From Chrysomallon squamiferum (taxonomy: Eukaryota; Animalia; Mollusca): 64,000 nucleotides of DNA. The notes beneath the pieces were generated by a model. It was not told where the DNA came from. It ran no database searches and was given only the letters and a program-made list of their open reading frames with translations. Location: contig CM022679.1 in the NCBI GenBank assembly GCA_012295275.1, positions 11,780,001 to 11,844,000 of the forward strand, in the 5' to 3' direction. Shown here one piece after another: positions 1 to 12,516 of the stretch; positions within the stretch are counted from its first letter, which is position 1, and each line of letters opens with the position of its first letter. Made by a program: the position numbers and the translations under genes.

Positions 1-296
1 AGGGAGCACATGCAACTTAATCTATCTATAAAACAAGACCAGTATAACTGTCAGACTGATCGAAATGCCGATCAGTGTAATGCCTCACTTCACGTGGTCT
101 CATGTGTTATGACTTGCTTGTGCCGCAACGATAGACAAGCTTGCTACAGGGTAAGAGAGACTGCCCTTAAGCATAGATGACAGACTACTTGTTTGTTGTC
201 TTCTTTTGGCAAATTTCTACTCGATGGACCAATGTCTATACATTTCAGAGATACCAAGGACTGATTTATTGATCCATTTCAGTAATCCTTAAACAA

Positions 297-330
<34 letters not shown>

Positions 331-1464
331 CTAAACTTCTGGATTCATAAATCATAGCTAATTTTGGAGTCAGACGTTTTTGAGTCTACAGTTCGGCCTT
401 TGCCATTTCCTTAAACGTGAAGTAAAGATTTTGTCTTCTATTTTAGACTGATCTAACAATGATTCTAACTGAATTTTTGTAGAATTTTGTTTTTCGATAA
501 TACTTTTTTAAAATCTCTGTATTTCTAATCAAACTGAACACATGATTTTGTCATCGATAGTAGACATTGTTCAGTAAAATTTGTTTCAGGTATAAACACT
601 CTTGGGCATTTCTCTGGTAGAAGCATTTAAATAGTATTCGTACTGGTAGGATTTGGTCACTGACAATCGATAACAAAGGCTGTGTTTGACATATATGTAT
701 AATAAGTTTAGTAATAATTATTAGATGCAGTGTAGTTACTTTCCATGGCTTACGAATTGCTTATTAGAAGCCAAATGAAAACATATTATAACTCGATGTA
801 TGTTCATAATACGACAGGTTATAATAATTATTATTATATAAAAGAAGAAATCTATTCTAGTCATTCCAACTTACAAAGAAATATATTCCGTAATATTTTC
901 CATAGAAAATGAAAAATATATATATTTTCAAAAACAATCATAGATAGATTATGAATTGTATTTCTAAACAACAAATCGGATTCATTTAAAAAAAAATAAA
1001 GTTATTAACTGAAAACAAGAAGTGATTAATTGTAATTTATACGCTCTAAACTGATTTGATTAGTCAATCAGATTCAAGATTTTCGCACAGGCTGTATTTG
1101 AATTTAAATTAATTCAAAGTAATGCTCGTTCTTTTTCTACCACGTCTTGTGTAAATGAACTGGAATGTAAAGGCGTTTTTCCAGTATCTACCGTTCGTTG
1201 AAAGTTTATAAATAAATAAACATAATTAATACAGAAAAACGGCTTTAGAAGTGTGTTATTTATGTTTGTTCAGTATAATATATATTTCATGTATTTATTT
1301 GCTTTTCTATCTTTACTTCATATATGTTTCTTTTCTTTATATTTAAATATGTATTAAGTCTTGGTCCAGAAAATCGGATAATCAAGAAATCAGGGTCATC
1401 CCCAGTCTCAGTGATCTGATAACTGTAATTCATCATTTGGATCTTTAAAAATAAACAATCCAAA

Positions 1465-1477
1465 TAATAATAATAAT

Positions 1478-1520
<43 letters not shown>

Positions 1521-1539
1521 GAGGCAGCAGCAGCAGCAA
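1465..1539. repeat. Compound (TAA)n/(CAA)n/(CAG)n microsatellite
   Basis: Direct inspection; source of the poly-Cys and poly-Leu ORFs. Confidence 0.95.
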
Positions 1540-2030
1540 ATAAAAATTGATGGACCATAACGTACAACTTTCAGCATAAACGCTGGTTTTAAAATAGGTA
1601 TGAAAGAAAAATACTGCAAAGAATAATTCATGAATTATTTCCAGTCTACCCGCCCCCAATGGTTATAAACTTCCGAACCAGACGGAAGAACCTCGCCATC
1701 TTTAGATTACATTTGCAAATGGTCATCTGCGGCAGAGATCTCAGTGACCCCGGCTAACAGGGGCAGTACACAAGGAGACATTACTGTAATGTCGTAACGA
1801 GTGTCTAGGGACGGGATAATTTGCAGTTTGCAAACTAGCGAATATTCTGACTACGACTTGTAACGTCCAGTCCATTTTAAGGCCATGCTCTGGTCTGCAG
1901 AAGGTGTAGTGCTATTTAATCGCAGAATGTAGATATTTAAAATCAATTATTAATTTCTGAAATAGCAAGTAATCAACAAGATTTTTTTTAAGCACTGACG
2001 GATCCATTTTTTTTTTTTTTGACATCATTC

Positions 2031-2061
<31 letters not shown>

Positions 2062-2275
2062 TTGTCTTTTTTTGTGAGAAAACAAAACTTGGGAAATCAT
2101 TAAAAGGTAATCCCAGTATTTTCTTCTTAAATTACTATTTCGTTTATAGATTCTCAGTTATTCCCGTAAGGCCTGCTTTAAGGCCATACAAACATTTCTT
2201 AGCTGCTTGTTATTTTGTCGAAACAACTACAGATTTGATTCTTTAGCTTTTTTCGCACTTCTTATTTTCTTCAAT

Positions 2276-2278
<3 letters not shown>

Positions 2279-2353
<75 letters not shown>

Positions 2354-2390
2354 GAGAGAGAGAGAGAGATGAATATACACACATACATAC

Positions 2391-2473
<83 letters not shown>
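2279..2473. repeat. Interrupted (GA)n microsatellite
   Basis: Two long GA tracts; source of the ER- and SL-repeat ORFs. Confidence 0.95.
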
Positions 2474-2476
<3 letters not shown>

Positions 2477-3127
2477 TCAGAAGACAGAAACAGAGAGAGA
2501 GAGAAGTTTCAGATGTGTATAAAAATTATTTCACAGTCTTTATAATGAGATAATCCTAACACGGATGGTAATAAGAACGTAGGTAGAGAGCATCTGTATA
2601 ATATTTTAATCAATCTCTTTGCTTCGAACAACTGTTGAATATGTTTTACACGCTGTGACGTAGAGAACAAAATATTAAATATTCCAGCAAACGTCTCTGA
2701 AAAAGTTGAATATAAAAGTATTTTACGGGTAAATGAATTCTTAATATTCTTTTGTTTTATTTTAAAATGCAGAATAACGAAAGAGATTGAAAAACTAGAT
2801 ACGATAACTAGATATATTAATATTTCTAAGAATTATATCAGAAACAACTTCAACCAAGAAACTGAAAATACAGTATTCAGTATAATAATTTGTTTATTTA
2901 AAACATTTGCAATCAAACAAATTTATTTATAATTTATACTACAGATCCGTGAGAAGTGTGTTGCAGGTTTTTGGGGGTTTTTTGGGGTTGTTTTTTTTTG
3001 GGGGGTGTTCATCCTTACTGTTTTTACAAATATAATAATTATAACAAAGATACTTTCAAATTTTAAAGAAAATATATTATGGTACATCAATTTTAATTAA
3101 TTAATTAATTTATTTATTTATTTATTC

Positions 3128-3129
<2 letters not shown>

Positions 3130-3190
<61 letters not shown>
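3130..3190. repeat. (ATT)n microsatellite
   Basis: Direct inspection. Confidence 0.95.
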
Positions 3191-3191
<1 letters not shown>

Positions 3192-6100
3192 AAGTATGTA
3201 TAAATTATAATGTTATTTTAATGCCGTGTAAAATTGATTTTCTTTCTATGGTCGTGTTACATTTATTAAATTTGTTATGGTTGTTCGACTAATTCTATTG
3301 CAAAACACACCGAGTGTAAAATTTAATAAAGATCTGTTATGCATTTACTGTTGGTTGGACGATTACAATGAAATACAGTCAAAATATGGATTTGAATTAA
3401 TAATTATTCTACACCAATCATTTCTCTGAACAGTGGACAAAAATGCAATTTACAAGAATTCAGATTATTTAATTATAATGTTAATATAACAAACATGTAT
3501 ATATTTTAATTATTACTAAACATTTCTTGTAAACAAAATAACAGTCGCATGGTTCTGTTAAGGTAAACTTCGTCTGTGTTTGTAAGAATACTGAATAGTA
3601 CAACAACAAGTAATTACAGTTTGATGTCTTACTGCCGCTGACCGCAGCATTAACTCGTAACTGAAATTCTGATCCTGGCTTGGTTGGGGTAAGTATCAGG
3701 ACTGATTGATTATAGATTATTTCACAGAAGTGACTCGGCTAGTTCAAAAGAAAAACATTCAGAAAAGGCTGGATATTAACTCGTTCGATTATCGACAGCA
3801 GTTCACGAATTACGTGAATCTTGTTTAATATAAAACTTTCTTTACTTGTTTGCTTGTTTTACTGTTTGATTGTTGATTGGTTTTTGTTCTTGTCTCTCAC
3901 TAACATAGCAATGGCACTTGAACTAGCCAAAGATCATTTGTGGGATACAGTGGATGATTACCGTTAAACATCGTGCTTATAGAAGGCATGCCTGGATCGT
4001 TAAGTGGATATAGGCACGTTAAATTTCATTATCTTCACACTGAAGATTCAAGAACAATGTACATTTTAATAGACAAGGGACCACATTACCCATAATGTCT
4101 ATAAACTGCTTACTATCCCATAAAGATAACAATAGTAACGACATGGAAAATTTTATCATCCGAATAAAATGGACTCCGAAGACTATGAAAAATGAGATAC
4201 ACACAAAGTAAAGGGCGACTTGAGAAACATAATACACTTTCGGCTGAGTGCATCAGACGGAAATCTAATTGTGCGTGTAGAAACTGTCTCCCTTTTCATA
4301 AAAAAAAAAAAAAAAAAAAAAAAAAAGCTTAATTTTCAAGTGTTCACAGCAAGGAAATTAATACTCTGTAAATATTATAATTTGTTTTTAAAGACTTCAG
4401 ACAACGTAAACATGTTCATTTAATGATGGTTATATTCAAAGCAAACCATAAATAATTATTCATTCATCACTTTCTTTTTCTTTTTAACAGTATAATTTAT
4501 TTAGTTAAAATCGTACACGATACTCATATTGTGAAACGCTCCATAGCTAAACAGTCCTGAGAAATTCAAATTAACGGCTTCATTTGAAATGCAGTGAAAC
4601 GATTCCAAACTAACTGAGAACAGGCCAATAAATTCTCTTCTCTTGGTGTCTCAAAAATTAATCAAGGAACATCGTAAAAGAACGCCGTGATATGAATGAT
4701 CAGTGCAGCGTGGCAGGTAACCTTCATATAAGAAATGACGAAATTATTTATCATGTAAATGATCATCATGTCGGTAACACTTCATTGAATTTTAATATAA
4801 GAAGTCAGCGTTAAAAAAGATGTTAAGTATCGTTTGCAATCTACAATAAACACTCAGACCTAACAGCAAAACTGATTCACTGGAAGAGTCAAGAACACGA
4901 ATATATTTTGAACAAATTTATTTGTTAGTTTCTTTTTATGTTTACTGGATCGAGATTTAAAATGTTTCCTTTAGATGTACTCGATGTATAATACAAATAT
5001 CCGATTATTCAGTAGCGAAAAAACATGAACAAATATGTAGCATACAAATTTGGTTTGACATAAGTATTTATACTTATAAATACTGTATTTCGTTTACATT
5101 AAACTACTTAAATATTTTATTTATATTACTACGATGTTTGTCTATGCCCATTTTCATCCACGACATAAAACTCATTACGCATAAATACAAATGTTAGTGA
5201 CAAGTTCTAGTATACTCAGTTATAAAAATGTTAATTATATCACATTCCAGTAACAGAGGCGGTCAGTATCTTTTAGTTCAGTTTGTTTTACTGAAAAATG
5301 TCCATTTACAAAACATCATTTCGTATGTTCGCAGACAGTTAATAACAGACTGTCTTTAGGATCTTCGTGACGTCTGTTTGTTCCAATAACTGTATTGTAA
5401 TAATTATATTTCTATTTTTCCTTTTTTTTTTTTTTTTTTTTCTTACTTTCGTTCTTTCTTCTTTTCCTACTCTTCTGTCTATTGTCTTTATTTTTTTTTT
5501 TCGGAAGAAAATGAAAACTTGACCGAAGTCAGCAGTTAGCAGTTTTCTTTTCCAAAGATAAAATGTTTGAAATGAAGTGGTTGTATAACGACAAATGGGG
5601 GGGGGATAAAATAAATAAATAAATAGAAATAAATATAAAACAGAAAGAAAGAAAGAAAAGAAAAAAGTAATAAAATTAATTTTAAAATCTGGTGCCTCGG
5701 AATCAGAATAGCTCCATCCTAAAACAGACATTCGTACTCTCTCTTTCTCTGATTCTTTCTCTTTCTCAAAGCAATTATGCACATACGTACGTGCCAAATG
5801 TTTCTTCAGTTTATAATAGTAACTCAGTAATAATAGATTTTTTGCAGTTATTATAAAAGACCTCGTAAAATCTAGCAAGGTAATAGTTCTTAATTATTCA
5901 GTTGAAACTTCTGAAACTGAGCACTTGAACAATATTAAGATGAAAGAAATTAATAGATTAAAACATTTGTTTAGATATTTATTAATTATTTATTATTATT
6001 ATTTTACAGCATTAATTATAATTTATAGTGAATGAGATATATTAGTCTATATCGTAAAGCAGCTTAATGTCCCAAAATCAAATTCATAGCAACTATTTTT

Positions 6101-6247
6101 ACAATGCACCACAAAAAATCGAAAGCTATCAGTTAATATATCTGATAAATTATTTATTTTCAACAGATTTTAGGACATATATAAAAAAAAATATTTTATC
6201 TCCCAATATCGGATAACTTTTCATGGTGGAAATTACAAAGTAATATT

Positions 6248-6270
6248 ACGCATGCGTTCTTGGGATTTAC
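6248..6270. promoter_or_regulatory. Putative SLC25A17 proximal promoter motifs (NRF1-like palindrome overlapping a ZNF143/Staf-like site)
   Basis: ACGCATGCGT palindrome at 6248-6257; the minus strand reads TAAATCCCAAGAACGCATGCG (Staf-like). Lies in a locally CpG-containing patch ~200 bp upstream of the ATG. Confidence 0.4.
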
Positions 6271-6470
6271 GCGATGCCCGAGTAGTGATGTTTAAAGTCG
6301 AGAAGGAGGATGTTGAAATTGGCGTATATAATTGTGGACAGATGTCGACAGTTATTATTTTATAAACAATGACAAATCTAGTACATCCAGTACAGGTTTT
6401 CCTGAAGTTGTGTTCGTCTAATTCGGACCCATCTGTTGAACTTTATCTGCAAAATGGAGCAAAAACCATC

Positions 6471-9400
6471 ATGAAAGGACCCAGCATCCTATCGAGTTTG
6501 TTGTCATACTCAAATTTTGTACACGCTGTAGCAGGCGCAGTAGTAAGTTTACACTCTTGATTGATCAAAATAAACCAGTTCGAGATGATAAATATTGAAA
6601 TAATTTGATGAAATTACGAACTTCGCGAAAATATAAATATATTAATAATGTTAGGTATTACTATTAGATATAAAATGTGTCAGAAAGAATTAAATAAATC
6701 AGAGATTGGAATATTTTAGTTTTCCAAAATAATTGTTATTTAACTGATGTGTTACTTAATTTGGACAAACCGTAGGTTGGTATTAAACATGCGATGAATT
6801 ATTAAATACAACATTTTTAACATACTGTTTATAATATTAACAAATAACCAATGGGATTTTAAAAAAGTGTTTCTTCAAACAAACGAACAAAATAATGATA
6901 ATAATAATATAATAATAATATAATAAATTATCAAAATCACTAAACTGAACCTTTTTTTCCCCTTCAGTCTTGTGTTATTACTTCAAAAAGTAAACAGAAC
7001 TTTGTCAGATTCGTGATTTAACTAAATCAGGATGCTGAGAACAGGTTACTGTTTATTACAGTTCACATAATAGAACAAATTAGGATAACTGTGACAGACA
7101 TGAATTATATATGTACTAGCTGCAGTTTTTCAATAGATGTGATTTTGTTCTGTTAATGAGTGATGGGTCTGCTGTGTTGTTAACAACAAATAATATGCTT
7201 GTATTTGTGTTGTAATGAACTAGTTTGTATTTGAACTCTATGGAAGGTCAGATAGCTACTCTGTATTTAAAAAGCAAAGTACTGTATGGTCTGGTGGTCA
7301 CTGATATTACTAAGGCTGCAGAACAAGTACTTCAAAAACAGTTTGTATTTTTATTTCAGTAAGTCATGAGGTTATGGTTACAGTAAATATCAAATTGTTA
7401 AATAATTTGATTTTTTAAGAGAAATATTTCTGAAATTCGTAGATGCAGTCATTGAGTGTTTTACTTTATGGATGTAGTATTGATAGAAAATATAAAATAG
7501 TTGATTTGATCAGATATATATATATATATCATTAAACATGTCTTTTCTTTGATTTAATTCTTTTGAAGGAGGTGGTTATATAGGCTGAATGTCCCAAATC
7601 TTTGGGTCCATATAGGTTTTTGGAATAATTAGGAGATGAAGATAGGACCCAAGTTTAAACTAGTACACTTAAAATGAAATTAGTTAAATAACATAGTTTC
7701 AGTAGTTTTGTACATCAAACATAGGTTAAATAACTTCTTACCCACAGTGCTATTGAGCTGGATGTTTAATGGGGTTTTTTTTCTGTAACATAACATGATA
7801 AACAGTGAATCTGAATCAGTTGTTAAACAAAGCATCAGCAAAAAACCCAGCAGGTTTTGGTTGCTAACATGCAGTATTATGTTATTATTAAACTTGAAAG
7901 GTTACTGATTACTATATTAAAAAGGGGAAGAAATTAGAAATTAAAAAATAAATTACATTTACAGAAATATATTTAAGCTGTAAAAACTTAAAGAGCATTA
8001 AAATAGTCAGAACAGTTTTAATACCTTATAATTATAATATAACTTGAATATCAGCTAAACATGTTTATATTGTTTTGTTTTGTCTCCCACACTTAATTTA
8101 TACATATCATTCATATACAGTTAACATGAATTTTATCATTCGTATTTCAGGGGAGTGTTGTTGCCATTACAGTATTCTTCCCTCTTGATACAGCCAGAAC
8201 AAGACTCCAAGGTATAAAATAATTGTGGACACAACCACCAATTGATATGACACAACCAGCTGGTTGAAGATTTGTCTGCGTTAGAGGAGTTATCCCTCAC
8301 ACAATTTTAAAGAGTGATTTAGAAAAGGTCAAGATCCATAAATAACTTTTTATAGCCTGATTATAGGAAAACCTAACAATTATAAACTGGAAAAAGTATG
8401 ATTTCAGAGAAATTAGGGAGGTGCCATAAATGTGAATTTAATTAATCCATAATCAGTAAAAACAAAATGTAGACATCAAACCTCCCTGAACCTGCAGTTG
8501 AAAAAAATCTTTGCTGATAACTGCATATTTTTTTAATTCAAAGTTAGAATTGTTAAAAAGACACTGGTTTTCTTGTCACATGAAGATGAATAAGTAGTAA
8601 ATAAATGTATTTTTCATCAGGAGTAAGTTTGTCGTAGAATAAAATGGTTAGCATAAAACAACACCTTAAAATATTATATATTCACATAAATGATTAATTT
8701 CATTTTAAAAAGATATCATAAAAAGGCAAACCTTTTATTAGTTTTAGTGTTCTTTTATGTAAATAAATGATAACAATATGACTTTGAAATACTAAAGCTT
8801 AGTTATGCATAATGTGTTTTGTTTTGTGTTGCAGTTGATGACCAGAGAAAAGCAAAGCATTCTTTTAAAGTTATTTCTGATATTGCTAAAGAGGAAGGAA
8901 TGTAAGTAATTTTATAATTTCACAAGATTAACTGATTATACTTATAAAAAGTTGCCCTTTTTTCTGATATTAAAAAGTAAACAGTGCATTAATGTTTAGT
9001 CATCTGTGACCAACTGTCAAAATACTATATTTTGGGTTTCAAAGTTTTAGTTATAGTTCCATTGGACTGTTTCCTAAAATTTAAAAATAGAAAATAAGTG
9101 ATGGCTGTAATTACTTTTTTAAAGAAATATTTTATGTATTAAATTATTTTTATTAATCCACAAAACAGAAAACGTTGTCCATATCCATCATTATTTAAAA
9201 ACAAATAAAACACAGTTTCCATTTCATGTTTCCAAAGTAATTTAAATACAGTGGTACCTCAACTTATGAGTGCCCTAACTTATGAGTTTGAGTTATGAGC
9301 AGTTGCCTGGTTGATTTTTTGCTTTGAGTTCTGAGCCAAAATCTGAGTTACGAGCAAGCTTCAGATACACAACCACTGGTTGGTGCAACAAACAACACAA

Positions 9401-12400
9401 CATCTGCCCAGCATCCCACATCTCACTCATTTACTTCACATGGTAACATGGTTACCTGGCCGTGGAAAAATCTCTCTTGGGATGTGTTTGCGTTTTGTGC
9501 AGTATTTTGCCAAATTTCTTTTTTCTTACATGGATCATAACAAAGTGAATGCAAAGGATAGTGCTGAGAAGAAGAAGCGGATGATGTCCATTGAATTAAA
9601 GCATGAAATCATAGAAAACTTTGAGCGAGGTGTGAATGTAGTCGACTTGGCTAGGCAGTACGAGTGTAGTACCATACTGAAGCAGAAGGAGTTGATAAAG
9701 GGTGTAACTCCAGCCAAAGGCATTAAAATAATTTGTCTGATCTCCAAGATAAATACACTTTACAAAACTTTATTTCTTTACATTCTCATATTTATTCATT
9801 TATACATACATTTTTCTTATTTAAAAACAAGATACAAAAAAATGGGGTGGTTTTGGGGGCTGGAATGGATTAATGGTATTTCAATTAATTTGAATTGGGG
9901 AAATTGATTTGATATACGAGAAAACTGAGTTACAAGCTCAGTCATGGAATGAATTAAACTCGTAAGTCGAGGTACCACTGTATTGATTTATTTGTTTAGG
10001 CAACTGAACTTTAATTAAACATTCATGTATATGTTAATGGTTTCATGTTTTGTGTTTCAGTGTAAGCCTGTATCGTGGTTTATGGCCAGTGGTGACATCT
10101 CTGTGTTGTTCAAATTTTGTTTACTTTTATGCGTTTAATGGCTTGAAGTCTACCATTTTAGGACAGAATGGTAAAGCTGATCCATTTAAAGATCTGACAT
10201 TGGGATTTATTGCAGGTAATTATTTCACCACCTTATTGTTTATTCTCTTTATAAAATAAATGTTTTCCAAGTTTTAACACTGTTGCTTTCGGCCAATTTG
10301 CTGAGATACTATAAAGAAGAACTAAAAGTAAAATAACAAACTATGAAATAATATATATTTTTTATTTTCTTCTTTTTAATTTACTACATTCATTAAATAA
10401 TAAAAAAGTAGTTAAAAATTAGTAGCAGGAATTAATTTTTAAATATTTAAAATAGGACTTGACATTTCACTGAATTTGAATAACAGATACAGCATATTGA
10501 GTTACATTGTAATGCATTTTTTTTTTTTTTTTTTTTGTAAATACAAATGAAAAAATAAAATTTATATATTAAAACCATGTTTATTTGCAGTTGAAATTAT
10601 TGGTAATATCTTAAAATAATGGTGGCAGTATCAAAACATATAGACAGAACGCTGAGTTTCAAGCTATAGTTTGAATAATTTGAGAGCTTTTCATTCAAAG
10701 AAAGAATTAAAATTTATGATGTTTGATTGAGAGTGTATTTAAGAAGAAAAGTTTTTTAACTTGATTTTTTTTTTCTTCCTAGGTGTTATTAACTGCTTGG
10801 TGACAACCCCACTATGGGTTGTGAACACACGCCGCGACTGCAGGGTGTTAAACTGCAGACCAAACAGTACAAGTCCACTGGTTCACACTACAAAGGAATC
10901 CTTGGTATGATAAGAAAAATAATAATGCATGAATATATTTTTTAATTTTTAAAATATTTCATGCATTATATCTGGTTTCATTTCCTCAAAAACAAAAAAC
11001 AACAAAAAATGTATGTTTTTTCTTTTCATTGTTAATTATAGACTGCCTTACGAAAATTGCAAAACATGAAGGTCTTATGGCTCTGTGGAGTGGAACACTT
11101 CCATCTACTATTCTTGCATTAAATCCAGCAATTCACTTCATGGTGTACGAGTTCATGAAAAGATATTTTCAAAGAACATATCATACTGCAGTGAGTAAAA
11201 ACAGAATCTTATAAAAATCTGTATTTTTTTGCAAAAACATGTAATGTATCCATATTTTTATGTAAATAGTAAACAACATATCTGCATCTGTGAAAAGGTT
11301 TAATTTACTCATAGTGTTTGGTTACTGGGAGAAATTTACTACAAGAAGGTTAAGTCTCAGGATAATTTTGAAAAACATGGGAGTAAATTATTATTATTCA
11401 TCTACAAGACTCAGACCCTTCTAGATTGCTAGTATATCTGAAATATCGCTATAAGTATGGTTCATATTTGAATATTTGAATATCTATTTTGATGTCTAAT
11501 AATTTTATAAAAGGTTAAAGATGATTTTAAAAATTAAAGTATTTGAAAGTGTTCTCTTTTGTTTTTATTCAATAAACTGAGTTACCTTGATTTTTATTTA
11601 TTTATGTATTATATTATATTATTTTTACTGAAGGAACTTAGTGGGCTGTTGTATTTTGTGATTGGAGCAGTAGCCAAAACTATAGCAACAGTTATAACAT
11701 ATCCATTACAAGTTATACAGTCAAGAGTTAGAGTGAGTAAAATATTTTATATATCACAGTAATTCAGAAAAAAAAAAATCTAATAGCTTGTTTTTTATAC
11801 TAGTTTTACCATTTCCAATAAACCCAGACACCTCTTCTTTGTGTTTCCTTAGTAAAAAAAAAAAAAAATAAAAATATTTTTTATACCTTTTAAATATTGA
11901 ACCCAAAGTCCCTCTAAAACAGAAGCAGCATATTAATAATTAAAATGTTAATGAGTTTAGTGTTTATAAAAACTAGTTTCCATTTTTTTAAATATTATCA
12001 TGGTTAATGTTAATAGTTGCAGTAGAAAATATATTAGTGATAGACAGTGTTTATGAAGTTGTTCCCCTTGTTTTTGCATTACAGGCTGGATATTCACAGG
12101 TTGAGTCAACACTCTCCATGATGGATAATATTGCTCATTTAATCAAGTAAGTCCACAACTTCATATTTAAATAAATTCATACTTTTATAATGGTTATTTT
12201 TCAACAATTTATTTCTACTCGCATGAAGACATATATTGATATACAATTATTTTTACTTCATACACACATTTAATAATAATGATGCTTTATAACTGATTTG
12301 ATCATTTTATTTCAGTGTTATTTACCTTTATAGAACATTCTTATTTAAATTATTCATATTTTCAGAACACATGGAATAGCCTTTTTGTACAAGGGAATGG

Positions 12401-12516
12401 AAGCCAAGCTGTTACAAACAGTACTCACAGCTGCACTCATGTTTCTAACATATGAAAAAATTGCGGCCTTTATTTTCCGTTTGTTAGGGTCAAAATCAGT
12501 CATCCCGAAGAGATGA
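6471..12516 (+). CDS. SLC25A17: Peroxisomal membrane protein PMP34 / mitochondrial-carrier-family member SLC25A17 (9 coding exons; apparent 1-nt frameshift in exon 5)
   Basis: GT-AG exons: 6471-6542 ([24 protein letters not shown]), 8151-8211 ([20 protein letters not shown]), 8835-8901 ([22 protein letters not shown]), 10061-10215 ([23 protein letters not shown]...LGFIAG), 10783-10904 ([23 protein letters not shown]...YKGIL), 11042-11190 ([22 protein letters not shown]...[10 protein letters not shown]), 11634-11732 (ELSG...[23 protein letters not shown]), 12085-12146, 12366-12516 ([30 protein letters not shown]...TGA). Three carrier repeats, closely matching recalled human SLC25A17. About 312 aa once one base is restored. 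Confidence 0.95.
9249..9980 (+). mobile_element. Internally deleted Tigger/pogo (Tc1-mariner superfamily) DNA transposon in SLC25A17 intron 3
   Basis: TA|CAGTGGTACCTCAACTTATGAG...CTCGTAAGTCGAGGTACCACTG|TA: 22-bp TIRs with 2 mismatches and TA TSD. The internal ORF carries a CENP-B/HTH-psq-like transposase N-terminus ([43 protein letters not shown]); no DDD catalytic domain. Confidence 0.92.

Noticed and set aside
1-180. Cys-rich open frame at the window start (…YNCQTDRNADQCNASLHVVSCVMTCLCRND…)
   Set aside because: No recognisable domain spacing and no compatible downstream coding exon found.
1287-2545. ORFs with poly-Cys, poly-Leu, ER and SL repeats
   Set aside because: Translations of (CAA)n and (GA)n microsatellites; no coding signal.
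5339-5878. 179-aa minus-strand ORF
   Set aside because: Built from poly-A/T and low-complexity tracts; no domain similarity.
8222-8304. Possible intronic H/ACA snoRNA in SLC25A17 intron 2
   Set aside because: Only a 6-bp terminal complement and an ACA; no two-hairpin structure or clear H box.
9380-9907. 175-aa ORF as a host gene
   Set aside because: Lies wholly within the Tigger TIRs; it is a truncated transposase fragment running into AT-rich filler.
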